Assembly: GCA_024137785.1 (NCBI GenBank)
Contig: JAHRHZ010000018.1
Span: 32,281,307 to 32,345,306, forward strand
DNA from: Ginglymostoma cirratum
Lineage: Eukaryota
Direction: 5' to 3'
DNA: 64,000 bases
Of this stretch, positions 1-14,289 are shown one piece after another. The translations under genes were made by a program, and so were the position numbers. Positions within the stretch are counted from its first letter, which is position 1. Each line of letters starts with the position of its first letter. The notes under the pieces were generated by a model, which saw only the letters and a program-made list of their open reading frames with translations, was not told the origin of the DNA and searched no databases.

Positions 1-130
1 CTGGATGAACACAGCAGGCCAAGAAGCATCAGAGGAGCTGCTCCTCTGATGCTGCTTGGCCTGCTGTGTTCATCCAGCGCTACACCTTGTTATGTCAGAT
101 TCTCCAACATCTGCAGTTCCCACTATCTCT
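1..130. mobile_element. Fold-back Penelope-like element terminus (family B), probably truncated by the window edge
   Basis: 1-38 and 40-77 are reverse complements with 1 mismatch. The right arm and its continuation match the terminus that follows the Penelope ORF at 21780-21833 and the copy at 31530-31590. Confidence 0.8.
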
Positions 131-1059
131 GAGATAATATAACAACTTGTTTTAAAAGTGACCTAAAATTTGCCAATGAGGAAGCAAAACCGTACCTGAA
201 AATGTGAACGTAATTTTTGCTTGCCTTAAGAAAGCATTAGTAATCTTCTGTCTTAGCATCATAACTACAGTAAGAAAATTTAAAACGTACAATTCTTCTA
301 AATGGAAGCTCAGTTTTTTTTTCATGATTCACTGACCAGAGTTGTGTGTTTTCAGGGTTTTGTACTAATCACGTGCTGAGTACTATCGCAACAGCTGACT
401 TATGGTGAGTGTAGGGGGAAACATTAGAACTAAGTTCAAACATATGATCACTGGATTTCTGAAAGTCCTATAGTGCTGCCCAGAAGTCCAGAAATTCTGT
501 TAATTGGCCTTAACCAACACTTTGGCTACTCCAGATCATAAAAGCCTCCTTTCAAAAAATAGAGAAAGCTTGGATTTGCAGATGATTACATTTTTCTGGC
601 CCTTCTGAATTCAGTGTTAACCAAGAGACCTGACTGTTTAGATCTTGTTTAAAGTTTGAAGTGATACAGGCAGTGGTTATTATTCACACTTAATTTTTAA
701 CATTTGTTTTAGAACCAAGTTAACTGATTAAAACAATGAATTTGAAGCGTTTTGAATTAAATTTTGTGTCATTTTTGATGAACTCACATTTTAGTAATTC
801 CTGTAACTTAGTTTTCCATTGTGTTTGAGTATGTTGGTGTCTGAAAGCACTTCACACAGTTAATAATTTTGAAGTGCTGTGTCTATTATCTAGGCTAATT
901 CTCCTGATGATGTCCTCAAAATTTGTTGGTGTTGACATCACCTAAACTGAATAACTAAAATTGTTTAAGAAAAATGAATACAATATTTATAGACTTTTTT
1001 TCTTCTCCTAAAGTGCATGTAACATCTGCCTGCATTCTGATGTTCCTTTTCTCTGTTAG

Positions 1060-1278
1060 GGTAATCCTGATCCGCCCATGCAGGTCAGCAGAGTTGGTTC
1101 AGTCAGGCGTGAGCTTCCAAGTTTGCAGCATCGTCACCACCCTCTTCGGTCCAAATGCCGACCACCAAAAGGAATGTATCTTAGCCAAGAAGATGTTGGA
1201 GCCATGTCCTGCAGCCCAAATGCAGCAAGTACCATTCTTAGACAGCTTGATATGGAACTAATCTCATTGAAGCGCCAG
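1060..1278 (+). CDS. RCOR3: REST corepressor 3, internal coding exon (linker region before SANT2)
   Basis: Acceptor ttttctctgttAG at 1058-1059, donor CAG|GTattt at 1279. The 219-nt phase-0 exon reads [73 protein letters not shown], recognisable as RCOR3. Confidence 0.96.
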
Positions 1279-1544
1279 GTATTTGGATACCTGTAGTGTA
1301 GTTTTAAAACTCCCCAGACGTAAATTTTGTTTTCTGTGTACCCTGTATAAAGTAACGTGAACTGCAAAACGAGTTTCATAACAAAAGCTATAATCTTATC
1401 ACTGCTAAATAAAGATGGACTTCATACAATTAATCCAGCAAGTGTTAATTCCTACTTGAACAAATGTTTAAATTAAAACTTCAGCACCAGGCTTTTATTT
1501 GCTTTGCATGTTTAGTATCTTTGCTTTCTAATCCAATAATGTGT

Positions 1545-1940
1545 GGCATCCTTGACAATGATGGGTTGAAGCCCCACTCTCGGGACTTGAGCACATAATC
1601 TCGGCTGACTCTTCAGTACAGTACTGTAGGATACAGTACTAATGAGGGCATCATCTATTTGGTGAGAAATTAAAGCGAGGCTACATAACTTGTTCAGATG
1701 GCTTTAAAAAAAATCCCATGGCACTGCTCAAAGTAGAGGTCTCCCAGTGTTTTGGCCACACTTTATTCTTCAAACAGCACCATTACACTAACTCAACATT
1801 TATCTATGTCCATGCTGTGACATCTTGCTGTGTATAAATTACCTGCTTGTTTACCTATATAGCAACAATAGCTACATTCAAATGTAGTTATTTGGCTGTG
1901 AAGTACCTTTTGATTTTGAGGTCATGAAAGCTTTTATATT
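1545..1940 (+). mobile_element. DeuSINE-type (SacSINE1/AmnSINE1-like) SINE, decayed
   Basis: tRNA-like head (gggttgaagccccact...gacttgagcaca), then Deu-domain-like motifs aaaatcccatggcact, gtgttttggcca and cttgctgtgtataaatt. A reverse copy lies at 47880-48280. Confidence 0.65.
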
Positions 1941-4084
1941 TCAACTAGAATACCTCCATTTAGTGAATGTAAATGAGAAAGAAATTGATTTTACTTAGTG
2001 CCTTTCACATTCTTGAGGTTCCTTTCTCAAGCAGTATGTCAGTACACCTACAAGGGTGGATTAGTAGCTAGATCTAGTTAGGAATAATTAAATACATCGA
2101 ATGAGGTGAGCCTGTTACAACCAGTGATCACAGTATGATCTGATTTAAGATTCAACTTGAAATTGAAAATGATCATTAAAAAAGCTAAGATTCCAGATTG
2201 GATTGGTGAAATTTTAGAAAGATAAAGAGCATGCTAGCGTGAAGGTGGCGAGCGAAATTAGCATATGAGAATGTATAAAAACTGGAGATACTTCCAACAA
2301 AGAGATTGCAAAGACATTGAATAACTAATTCCATTTAAAAAAAACTTCCAGTAGATCTCGGATGCCTGAGATACATACAGAGGTGAGAAATCAATTAATG
2401 TTGAAGAAGGTTGTGTACGAGAGCTATAAAACCAATGAGGACAGAAATATATAAGATAATAGCTTAAAGGTGTGCTAGAAGAAAAGCAAAGAAGGGATGT
2501 AGTAGAGCAATTTCAGAGAATGCCAAATGTCATGGTTCAGTATTTTACAAATATATCCATTAAAGGAATGAAGACTGACACCTGAGAGATTGAGGATGCA
2601 GTGAAAACCACAAAAGAACTTGATTTAATTTGATGGATTAAATTTTACAAAATAGGATAGACTGGAAGATGTTGCAATTCTGTAGAGTACTCAAACCTTT
2701 TAAATAGTGCATTTATTTGCACCCTGCACTATTGTTTTATAGGAGTAATAACAAAATAGTTGAAAAGCCATTTTTGAATCGGCTATGGAGTGAAGTTTTT
2801 GCAACTGATGTACATCTGTTATTGACGAGTTTTGGTTTTTCAAAATTAAACCTTAAAAGTTGGAGGTTATATGTAACTTCAATCAAACAATTTCCTGTGA
2901 TGTGATGTATGAGGAGCAGGCTATTCAATCAGTTGTTGCAGTCCTTTATTGTAAGGAACCATGCTTTTGTTGACTGTTTGTAGTTTGTTATGCAATATGA
3001 AAGGATGTAATAACTGCAAGCTGCGCTCTTTAGCCTCAATAAGCAACTTTAATATTGCTTGGGTTAATGTGATTAAACTAAAATTATCATCTGTACATCA
3101 TAGTTTTGTACCATTCTCTGCAATATCTTGATGTATTCCTTACATAATGGAGGAGATGAAGGTGAAAGCAGCGATGCAGCCTGTCAAATTGGCTCTGATG
3201 TTGGAGTTAAAATTTAAGAACTCATTAAATCTTTACTTCAGACATTTTGGTTAAAATGTTTATCCTTTATTTCTTCAGTCTTGTTCCATCTGGCCCCACA
3301 TTTTAAAAAATCCACTAGACTTTCTGACTTGGCTCCTGTTACTGTTAGGTTAGCCAATTGAGCATACCACAGTGGCATTCCTATGTGGTACAGACAGTTG
3401 AGGCCCCAACAACGCTACCTTAGCCTGATTTGCATCATCAAAGAAGCATCTGGCTGATGTTCCTCTTGTGTGCTCAGAAGAACACAATGATCACAAACAA
3501 TGGGAAGGCAGCTTGATCAGTGTATGTAAGTTGCATTGTTCATTTTACCTCATTAACTGCTTGGTTCATACCAGGTTGGCGGGGTTAAAATTCGTGTCTT
3601 AGTTCTTTATCATAGCAGTTCTGCTGTAGAATGAGATCATTAGGTTCATGGTCCCTGTGAAATTACAAGTTGCACTCAAGAGTTCAGTATTTCTAGTCTG
3701 TTTCACTGTCCTTACCTCATATTCATTTAATATTTGTATCCTCTTTTCAAATTTACCCAAAAGGTGAGGGAGATATTAAGCAAGATCTCTCTTCAAATTG
3801 ATGTGGGCTTTGAGGCGGTATACTCGATGATAGAAATTTGGAATAATATCAAGGCTGCATGGCAAACTAAGCCATCTGATGCCTTAACCATGCAGATGTG
3901 TGCACCATCACGCAAATGTTGACGATTAATGGGCCAATCTGGCTCATAAATGGAACCTGGAAGGGTAGACCTGTTGGAGCTGGGATTTTTCCCACATGCC
4001 TTAATTAACCCTGAAAATCAATACCCTGTGAACATACAGCAGGTAACTTGCTGGTGGTCTATGCTGCAAGTTAAATGGCAAAAT

Positions 4085-4800
4085 ATTTACACTTGTGTAG
4101 CACATTTAACACAAAAATGCCCCAAGGTATTTGAAAAGACATGAAGAAAATGAACACGACGACAAAAAGAAGTTAAATAGAAGACAAAAAAAATTGTCAA
4201 AGTAGTAGATTTTAAGGAGGAGGCGATGATGGAGAGGCAAGAGACCCAGAGTGAGGCAGTTGAAAATACAGCCATCGGGTTGAAGGAAAATGGGCATGTA
4301 CAGGTGCTTGCTGTCAATGAAAATGTATTCCAAGGTGTTGGTCTGAACAATGATAGTGGATGTTGCAGGATTGGACGTGGTTAAAAATAAAACTGAGGCC
4401 ACATGTCATTTTGAAGACAACTTCAAGAATTTTTAACTTAGTGGCATTAGGCAAATAAGAGCCAAGGTAGGCTACACATGCAAGGGCCTAGTGGATGAGA
4501 TGGACTTGGTGTGAAACAGGACGCAACAAACAGGATTTTGGCTGAGCTGAGGTGCAGAGAATGAATTGGAGTGATCTGGCCTACAGGGAGAAAATACATA
4601 TGTGATAGTTTTAGAGGCAGAGAGAGAGCAATAGACAATGCTTTGGAGGTTTTGTGATTTAGCATAGATTCATAAACTCATCCCACAGTTGAGTTGTATT
4701 TTAAGGTAGCAAAGAAGCCGGTTTAGCCTGCGTTGATGACCATGGGAAAACATGGCAAGGTATTAAATATTGTAATGAGAGTGAAGGTAATGAATTTGGT
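4085..4800 (-). mobile_element. L2-type LINE 3' fragment, highly decayed
   Basis: Reverse-oriented L2-like 3' end (tgtagcacatttaac...cccaagg...gattttaaggagg), similar to 10480-10760 and to the + copies at 45060 and 59380. Confidence 0.45.
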
Positions 4801-7473
4801 TCTAAACTGCAGAACCATCTTTCAATACCTTTGGGGTCCTTGAGGCTTAGTTCTGCCAATCTCTCATCATGGTTTCAAAACTTGCACAACTTGAGTATAA
4901 GGGCTTGTACGTGTGCTATATTAACAAACCAATCTTACATGTGTTGGATTTTGGTAGTTAAGTTCAGAGACTTTTCATATTTCCACTACTCTCAAATACG
5001 TGGATGTTTTCCCTCAAAGTTACTGGTATTCAGTAGACACCTTGAGTAATTAATGTATTCCATTTTCGTTATTATTGAAATAAAAATTTCTTCCAATCAT
5101 ACATTGCGTGCCTTTGGTACTAGTCCTAAATTTGCGCTCTGAAACTGATTCATTGGCTAGTGCAAATAATTATTTACTCTCCCCAAACCTTGCAAAACTT
5201 GTAACACTTTTGTTAGATTCCCTCCCACTTCCTCAGCTCTAGTGATTATTGTCATACGCCCTAAAATGATGTGGGATAATATCACGTGAACACTTGGTTC
5301 TTTTGTCCAAAGATCCTGTTTTCCTACTGATTTTTGCTGATGCATTAACTCTCTTATTTTAAATGAATTAACACTTCCACTAAAATAACAGAACAATTCC
5401 AGAAGAGCATATTAAGCATTCATGCATATCAAATGGTGGAATTTCAGGTCTGCAGCTTTTCAAATGTCTCATCATAACTATAATCCTCTGATCTCTGGGT
5501 ACCATCCTCATAAATCAACATTGCAGCTTTTCCATGGCTATAGCGGTTTTCTAAAAACTGAACTAAATATTGCAGAGTCTTGCTCGATTTCTTTTCATTG
5601 ATCAATATATACAAAATACGGACTGTTGAATCTTTAACGACTCTTTCCCCTGCCCACCCCAACTTTAAACATTTGCTATCTGTACGCCTTCAATTTCTCT
5701 CTTTTTCAGCTCCCTTCTTTGCAAAGGCTCTTAGATTTTTTTAATAGGAAGTGTTAATTATCAAGATCCCTTTGGAAGTTAACCCAACAATTTGTGAAGT
5801 GAGGCTGAAATTATGTGATGAGGATCTGTACTGTATTGCCATTTGAACTCCTCTCCAGCAGATAACTGTATTTTTCATAGCTCTCGACCATGTTCTGCCC
5901 TATTGAGGTAAGAAGTGGGAGAAGGTAAATTGACAAGGGAGCCTCTGGTCTTCCAATCCTCAGATGTGGACCTGACTGTTTTTCTACTTTGCCAAAGGAT
6001 TTCTAATGCCAGCGCACTACTAAACTAAGATTCCCACATTTGTGGCAATTTCAGTTATCTAAGGTTAGTATATATATAGACAAAATGTTCAAATAGCATC
6101 TTGAAAGCCTTCAATTTTCTTCTCCCTGAAAACACATGGAGTGAAATCATTGGTGAGCACGCAAGCGGAAAATGATGGTATTCTTCTCGCTAACAATAGA
6201 GGGATGGGTGTAGCATTAAATCAGTGACAATGTAATCAGGGAATCAAGGATCGAGAATTTTTGAAATAACCTTTTTTAAAAACAAGACTTTCCAAATCGA
6301 AAAATCCATTGTAAAGATATTTAATGTATTATAAATGTGCTATCATAACAAGTCACAGGGCCCACTATATCTTAGTTTGGCTAGATATCCAACTTTCTGA
6401 GACTCCTAATTTTGTTGATTCCATGAGCAGAATTTTTCATTTTGGATCAGGATCCAGACTTTGGGTCCTGTCACTACACTATTGGGATCAGTTGCTTAAC
6501 ATGTTCTTTCTCTTGATTGACCAGTTAGTAGCCACAAGGCCAATCACCATCCAGTTAAGGATGGCAGGTGGGGGTTTCATGGAGCGGGGTGTGAGGATGG
6601 GAATGCCTACACCACTGAAAGCGTTGTAGTCTGCCATTGCATGTGATGGGGAAAGAGGGCGACTCCAGCTTTAAGATGGTGAAATTACCAAGTGACTTAG
6701 CTATCGACCCACCACGGAGAATGGGAAATTCCTCCTAAAGAGTGGTGTTGTGGCACGAGCTATAACCAGGTGGGTCCAGAGTTGGGGAATGGGGGAAGAT
6801 GAGGGGAACTTGGAGTTTCTCTGGAGCGCTGGTGCCTTCAGTTTGCTCCCAGGTGACTGTCTTCAGGAAGATACCAAACTCTTGATTCAGCAGGTGACCT
6901 ACAAGCAGTTGGAAAATTAGAATATTTCATATGGTCTCTGTTCCATAATTGGCCTTTTTTAAAACTGACAATTGACCTTTAGTGCCTTAATTTAACAACC
7001 TACAGCTGTGGCTGACCCACCCTCCCCAAACTGGCTCAAGGGTGGATTGATGCTCGTGAACTCATGTGAAAATAAACCCTGCCTCACGTGGTGATTTGTT
7101 GAGTAAATTTTGGCACAGCCTTAATGTCTCTATTTTAATTCAGTTGCCACCCAGCTTTTAAAAAAATTGCTTGCATTTTGCAAACAGTCATATCACTCTT
7201 GAGTATAAATGAAACAGCTTGTCACCTCACTCCTATTTCAGTAATTAGTATGGATTTTCTTCGAAGTAAAAGCTTCTACTTCACCTCTTCCGGCAACTGT
7301 TTTTTGAACCTATGTCTTAATTTTGCAAAATTAAAATCCGGTTATAGCAATATTTTATAAATTGCTTAAATTAACTTTAATGAGAAAAAAATATGCTGCC
7401 TAAAGGAGCAATGTTAATTTCAAAATTGATTATAAACGATAGGTAAAAGTCTAATTTTGAAATGGTTTCCCAG

Positions 7474-7551
7474 GTACAAAATGCCAAGCAAGTTAACAGT
7501 GCTCTGAAGCTGAAATTAGAAGGAGGCATAGAAGAATTCAGACCATCTGAG
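7474..7551 (+). CDS. RCOR3: RCOR3 coding exon (coiled-coil linker)
   Basis: tttcccAG| acceptor, 78 nt encoding [26 protein letters not shown], |GTaaat donor. In phase with the flanking exons. Confidence 0.96.
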
Positions 7552-8508
7552 GTAAATAATATGGTGCTTATAATTTCACAACCAATGTAATTCTCATGTG
7601 TTGTTTTGTGTACAGTTTTAGATCTGTAGTTTTATACATTATATGAAAGTATTCCTCTGTTCATTGACTACGTGTAAAACTAGAAGGATCCGGAGATCTG
7701 TGGCAAAAGTGGAATTCTGTATCAAGAGATAACTCTATCACTTGGCATAAATAATGACATAAATGCATCTGCATTGAATGCAGTGGCATTCCAAATGTGC
7801 AATGACCTTTCTTCATCTTCTGTACATGTGCTGGTGCAACACACATCTGTGTTCATATCTGAGGAACATCTGCATTTGCAGCTATACAAATTTATGAAGC
7901 AATTCTCATTTTATCATTTTTGGGAATTAAGTGTGTGCAATTTAGACCTGGGGAAACCAGAACAAATGATTCAAAAATTAGACAAGAAATAAATAGTTTC
8001 TGTATCCTTTGCAGATGGGAAAAATCAAAACCCAACAGCTATTTCAATTGAATATGGACTTTTTCTTTCGGGGGCATCTATTCACACACAGTTGTTAATA
8101 GTTGGACAAACACTGTGTAGAAATCATTTGAATGTTCAAATTTTAGAGTGTGTCAGGCTTGAAGTGGAAGATTTTATTTTGCTACAAATGTAGATTCCGG
8201 TGTGCCTGAGATTATAGAGGGGAACTTCTTTTTAAACTTTGAAAAAGGGACTTGGAAATTTTACAGAAATTTAGAAAAACTTTTCTTATAGGGCGTATGT
8301 AAAATAAACATCTTGATGGAAACCAATATAACAAGTTGAAAGAGTAACCATAGTCTGTCTTAAGCCATTGTTGTGTGGTGGCAAGTAGTAGTAGTAGTAC
8401 ACATTACCCAATTTGAAATGGGATTGCACTGAAAACATTTGACCAAAGAACACGTTAAGAAGATTAGGAATGATATAATTTACTCTAACAAATAACTTGG
8501 CTTGAAAT

Positions 8509-8858
8509 GGGGAGACAATGAACCAGTGGTAATATCGCTGTACTGTTAATCCAGAAACCCTGATAATTTTCTGGGGACCCAGGTTCAAATCCTGCCAAGG
8601 CAGATGGGGAAATTTGAAGTCAATAAATATCTGGAATTAAGAATCTAATGATGACCATGAATCCATTGTCCGATTGTCAGAAAAACCCATCTGGTTCATT
8701 AATGACCTTTAGGGAAGGAAACTGCCATCCTTACCTGGCCTGGCCTACATGTGATTCCAGACCCACAGCAATGTGGTTGACTTTAAACTGCCCTCTGGGA
8801 ATTGGGGATGGGCAATAAATGCTGCTTAGCCAGCAACTCCCTCATCCCATGAATGAAT
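8509..8858 (+). mobile_element. tRNA-derived SINE, near full length, with LINE-derived 3' tail
   Basis: B-box GGTTCAAATCC at 8582-8592. The tail ggggatgggcaataaatgctg...catcccatgaatgaat matches the reverse complement of the LINE 3' end at 37217-37272. Confidence 0.8.
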
Positions 8859-10479
8859 TTTTAAAAAGTACTGATAAATGTTATCAAGCAATGTGATTTT
8901 TTTTTCTGGCTATGTTCAGATGATAGCAAAATTAATTTCATGCTTTTTTTCCAATAACATACTCATCTGTAGAATTTGCAAATTGACAGATGACCAAGTG
9001 GGAGAGTTGTAAGAAAGTTCAAGGATTTACAGTTTATTAAGGTGTAAGTCAACCTGGCTGCTACAGGATGTAAATCTTGACCTGATTGTGATGCCAGTGG
9101 TATTCAATTTTCTAAGGTCAGGCATTTGAAAAAAATTCTTAAGATCATGATAGTTAATGATGAGACAGCCAATAATTTCATTTTGGAGCATTTATTCATA
9201 AAGCTTCTAAAATTCACTCATTGCAACTTTGAGTTAGATCTTTAAGAAATCTATTCTGGGTGTTGATCACTATGGTAAGAAGTACTTACCAATAATAGTT
9301 TTGAATTTACTTTACGTTGTTAACCTGCAACTCCTTACCCTCAAATTATTTTTCCAAATATACTACTATTCATACTGTTTATAATATTGTATATTTCTAC
9401 AGTAGCACCTCCCAGGCATATGGCAGGATTTAAAAAGCACAAGTCTTTTCAGTTTAGGAACAGACCTCCAAATCTGGAGAACAGATTTAAGGCTTTTTTC
9501 CCGCACAACTCCAATGGGTGTATGTCTCCCTTGTGTTTCATTGACCAGAACTTGGCAAGATCACGAGGCACGTTTTAGACTGACCACAGCACTATATATT
9601 TTTATCATGATTTATGCTGATTTAGCTTACTGATTGTGAACCCTATGACATTTTGAGTTCCAAGTCTGTTAACACCTCCAGATCTTTTTCAGTTGAAATA
9701 CTGTTCGTGATAGGCATATGTTGTCCAATTTCCTTTGTATTTACATGTGTCTGTTTTAAACTTCATTGCCATTTTCTCACCTACTTTCAAATTTCTTCAA
9801 CTTAATTCTGTAATTGTTGTTCTGCCTCATAAGATTTCACTGACTTCCCCATCATGTACAATTTTAATTTGCATTCAGTTTCTGAGTTCAAATAATTAAT
9901 GTAAATTAGAGATTGTGTTTGTCCTATCAATGATTCCTGAGGCACCACACTCAGTACTCTCCCCACATCAACCGAAGATCACATTTTTAATAACTACCTC
10001 ATTATTTGTACCATCAAGGTAATAATTTAACTATGTTCATATTTATCCTGAATTAGATTCGAGTTTGATGATTAGCTTAATTTTGTCAGATACCATCTAG
10101 AACTAATTCATTTTAGGGATTCTCACAGTTAACCAGAAATGCTACTTTCTCAAAGATATCATGGGCATTGGTCAGGCAGTGGTCTTCCCCTTCTGAATCT
10201 ATGTTCACTGCTGTGAATGACATTATTATGATACATTTAATCTTTATGTTTGTGGACATAATTGAATTTTTTGGTATATTCTTCATGGATGTGGAATTGA
10301 AAATTGATGTGGTCGTCCTTAATTATGTTGATGTCCCTTCTAAACATGGGAACAATTTTGACCAGTTCGTGATTTTCTGCTATCTCCCCAGCATTCAGTG
10401 AAACCTTCATAATGATTGTCAATGCCTTGGAATCATCTTCTCTACACTGTCAACAGCTTAACTTTAGAATCTTTGGCAA

Positions 10480-10760
10480 CAAAGTAAGACATTCCAAGGC
10501 ACTTCACAGGATGATTTTCCAATGAAAAATTTTGCACAGTGCCACAGATGAGGTATCAAGACAGTTGTGTAAAAGCTTGGTTAAAGAAGCAGGTTTTGAT
10601 GAGCATCTTAAGGGAGAAGAGGGGATTGGAAACGGGGTGTTGAGGGAAAGTAGTCCAGAACTGGGATTCTATACAGTTGAAGGCACAGCCAGTGATAAAG
10701 CAGAAACAAAACTGAGGTTGTGCAAGGGGCCAAAAATGGAGGCGTGCTGAAATACAGGGC
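10480..10760 (-). mobile_element. L2-type LINE 3' fragment
   Basis: ccaaggcacttcacagg...aaaagcttggttaaagaagcaggttttgatgagcatcttaaggg, typical of a reverse L2 3' end. Confidence 0.5.
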
Positions 10761-11019
10761 AACTCCTTATAGACCTTTGCATTGAAAGGGTATCCTATTT
10801 GCCGCCCTCCTGCCCGCACTGATATTTCTGCAGTTTTATGTAGGCTAGGAATCTGTATGCCCCAGCCTCAATTTTGAGCATGACAAGAGGAGTTAATGGG
10901 TAGTGCAGAAGCTTAGTCATCCATCATCCTCAGGTTTTGAGCACAAAGTGGAAAAATATCCTACAATGCGCCTGTTTCAACTCGACAAAATAGCTAACAG
11001 CCATTTGCTGATTCATTTC

Positions 11020-11170
11020 TGAAGCCCCGACCAATCGATCAACCTGCCTGGTTTGAAATTTAAACAAAGTGTGGCAGTTAACTGCCAATCACATATTTTT
11101 TACAAATTTCCCTGATGAGCGCAACACAAAAAAACTTTAACAAAATATGTCTTTTTCCAGTAATACACTT
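11020..11170 (+). mobile_element. Probable Penelope-like terminus with degenerate hammerhead (family D)
   Basis: CTGATGA at 11112-11118, then a gcg-caa-cac remnant stem and AAAA in place of GAAA. The family assignment rests on resemblance only. Confidence 0.4.
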
Positions 11171-14100
11171 TGAATTGCTTATGCAGCAAGAATCTAACAA
11201 AACATCAACGCCGTTTTATCTGAGCTGTTAACTATTTTTTGACTATTTTTCTCTCTGATGTATAATATCCACTCCAAATTTATATTTGAGGGAAGTATTT
11301 CAAAGTAAAATAGAGCATTTGAAGTTAACTGAAGGTATAGTTTATACACCAGCAGGAATTTGTTAATTTCTTGTTTTACCTGAATTGCTGTGATTGAAGC
11401 AATGCTAGCATTTATTGTGGCCTGATTGTATCAGTTTGTACAAATTGTATGAGACTGTTAAGAAATTTCTCCTTTTGAATATATAATAATTAAATTAATA
11501 GTTTGAATAATTAAGGACAACCACATCAGTATTACTTCAATTCTACAGCCATGAAAGAATATACCAAAAATTGACAGCAAGTCAACTTTTGATCATATGT
11601 TTTGTTTCTTCTTTTAATACTTTCTTGAGTACAGTCCCTCCTGTGCAATTCAGGGTATTTAAACCCTGTGCTGTACGAAGATAACTGATCTTGGTAGGCA
11701 GCAATTGGTGGTCCTGGACTGGGCAAGAAGAGAGTAGACCTGGTTAGGTTTTCAAAGTGATGATCTTGCCACAGAAGACTGTGGTCCAGATTTTCCTCTT
11801 GGGCTTGTGAAATTTCAGGCACGCCTTTTTGTTGCTTTCAAAAAGCTCACCTGATACATGACTGACTTTGTTCGGGACTTCTAATTTTTCAGGCAGTTTG
11901 CAGTTTCCATCTGCAGTTGCGAGCCACAGTGCAGTTTGGAGGAATGTGCGTATCAAGATAGGCTAATTAGAATGTTCATCTCGGTTCTCTGGGTCATTAG
12001 GGCAGAATCTTGTGTCATTCTTATGCTGCCAAACCTCCCCTTTCACCCTACTGCAACTACTCATGCTCCCACTTGTATCATCCATTGCCACTCACCCAGT
12101 ATCGATATGTAAAGTCCTCAAGAGTTACACAGTAACAGTGAATAGCAGGAAATTGAATTGAAATCTCAAATTGAAAAAAATTGTTTATTCCCCTAAGTGA
12201 CCATCAAGTTGTATGAATCAAGCAATCATCTATTCCAGTACTAATCAAATTATGATTCTTATAACAATTTCTTAAAACTATTATTTCACATCCCTAAGCA
12301 GCTATACCAACACTGCAGCCTTTTGGGGCTTGCTCAAACATTCATAATGGCAAAAGCTATCAAAACAACAGATGGTGTTTCTTCCATATCTAAAGAAGAT
12401 TACCTGTCTAGTAATCAATGGCATGGAGCTAGTAGTTAGATTTTCTTAATGTTTAACAGTAGGGCAATTTTCTTCAAAGTAAAAAAATGTTTGCACATTT
12501 AAATTTCAGTCCGAAACATGACTGCAGAGTTTGCGATCACATTCTCCTACAGTTTTGAACGCATCATGACATTTCACCCAGTGGGAAAGAAAAAAGTTCC
12601 TTAACACATCTCAGTTCTTACAGAACGCACCATGTAATAGTCAATTTACCTGTACAGGACAGAAGTCCTATGATCAGTCATTCATTTAAAACCTATTGTC
12701 ATTACAATATGACATCTAATAGTGACATTTGAAGGTGCTAAAACGTTTAAAACATAGCTGGCAGAATGTTTCTGATTCTTCAGCAGTCTTTCTTCGCTGG
12801 TCACGAACTCTCTTAAAGTATTTTTCAGTTCCCAGTGCATGAAAAAATAGCGGAGAAGGAAATTCAGTTTTCCATGGCCCTCATGATGGCAGCCCTAACC
12901 TCAGTAGGAGTTCATGTGCATTTCCAATCCATGCAAAGGCTAGATGAAAAGAAGGAAGAGGAATTTAGTTTTCCAGCCCAAAAAAAAAATCAGTTCCTGG
13001 TTCCCACCCTCGTTGGCAGCCAGAAATCTAGTCCTGTAAGTGCTGACTTTTCCTATGAACAGGATTGGACTGAAATCTCTCTCCCGCAAAAAAGTACTGT
13101 GGTTCACGTGAAGAATATGAGCATTGGCAAAAATACTAGAGCCTGGTGATGCCCTTAGGAAGGAAAAGGGACTAGAGAACCTACTTGTCACAAAAGTTGC
13201 TGTTCTTGGCTCTCCATTCTTCTATTATTAATTGAACTAATTTAAAGGGTCTCAAAGTAATTTGAATTTTAGACATATCGTTTTAATTGTGACAAACTAT
13301 TCAGAGCAGCTAAGCACAACTTATTGTGTAATTGAAAGGTGTAAACTCCATTAAGATAATCTGTTGACCATATGTGATCTTGAGATAAGGTATCTTGATT
13401 CACCTTTCTGCAAATTGATTACTGAAATAATCTGAGGAGGCCGATGATGTGACTGAAGAACTAAATGATTATTTTTCATCTGTATTAACGAAGGAAATAT
13501 TTGTTGCCCTATTCATATTCAGAGAGAAAGTCATTGAGGTCCTGTATGAAAAGTTATAGACAGTATTAGTCTGGCTGTCCTTAAAAGATAGTAAGTTACC
13601 AGCAGTGGATATTATGCATTTGAAAATGTTGAGAGAAGGGAGGAAATTAAGAGGTGCTGGCCACGTTCTTCCAATCCTCCTTGGATATGGAATAGCATAC
13701 CAGTGAATTAGGGAAATGCCAATTTTACACCCTTAGTGAAAAAGCTGCAAGGATAAACCTGATCACTATAGACCAGTCAGTTTAATCTTAGTGGTGGAAA
13801 GCTCTCAGAGATAATAATATGGGACAAAATTAACAGTCACTTAGATAAATTTGAATTAGTTAGCACAAGCCAGGGAAATTTATTAAAGGCAAGTTATGGT
13901 TAACTAAGTTGATTGAATATTTTGTTGAAGTAACAGAGATGGTTGTTAAGGGTAAGTGGCTGGCATGGTGTTTGTGGATCTTCAAATGGCACTTGGTAAA
14001 TTGTCACATTATAGACTCCTCAGCAGGATTGAAGTCTATGAAATAAAAGGAAAAGTGGCAGCATGTACAAGAAGTTGGCTGGGTATCAGAAAACAGAGAA

Positions 14101-14289
14101 TCATGGGGAATAATTGTTCTTTGACTAAAAGAAGGTATACTTTGGAGTTCTCCAGGCATTCATTCAAGGACCAGTATTTTTCTTGATATATACTAATGGC
14201 TGAGCTTTGCGTGTGCAGGGCACAATTTCAAAATTTGGAAATATTGTAAGCTGTTGAATGACAGTGATAAACCTCAGGAGGACTTACTA

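Noticed and set aside
8509-8600. tRNA gene
   Set aside because: A B-box is present but there is no cloverleaf; the sequence continues into a SINE body and LINE tail.
11532-11956. Overlapping minus-strand ORFs with coding-like composition
   Set aside because: No motif I can assign with confidence; possibly a decayed TE. Needs a translated profile search.
12500-12590. Minus-strand CHDAF peptide resembling the Harbinger transposase HD motif
   Set aside because: The flanking DDE motifs are not recoverable; too short to support.
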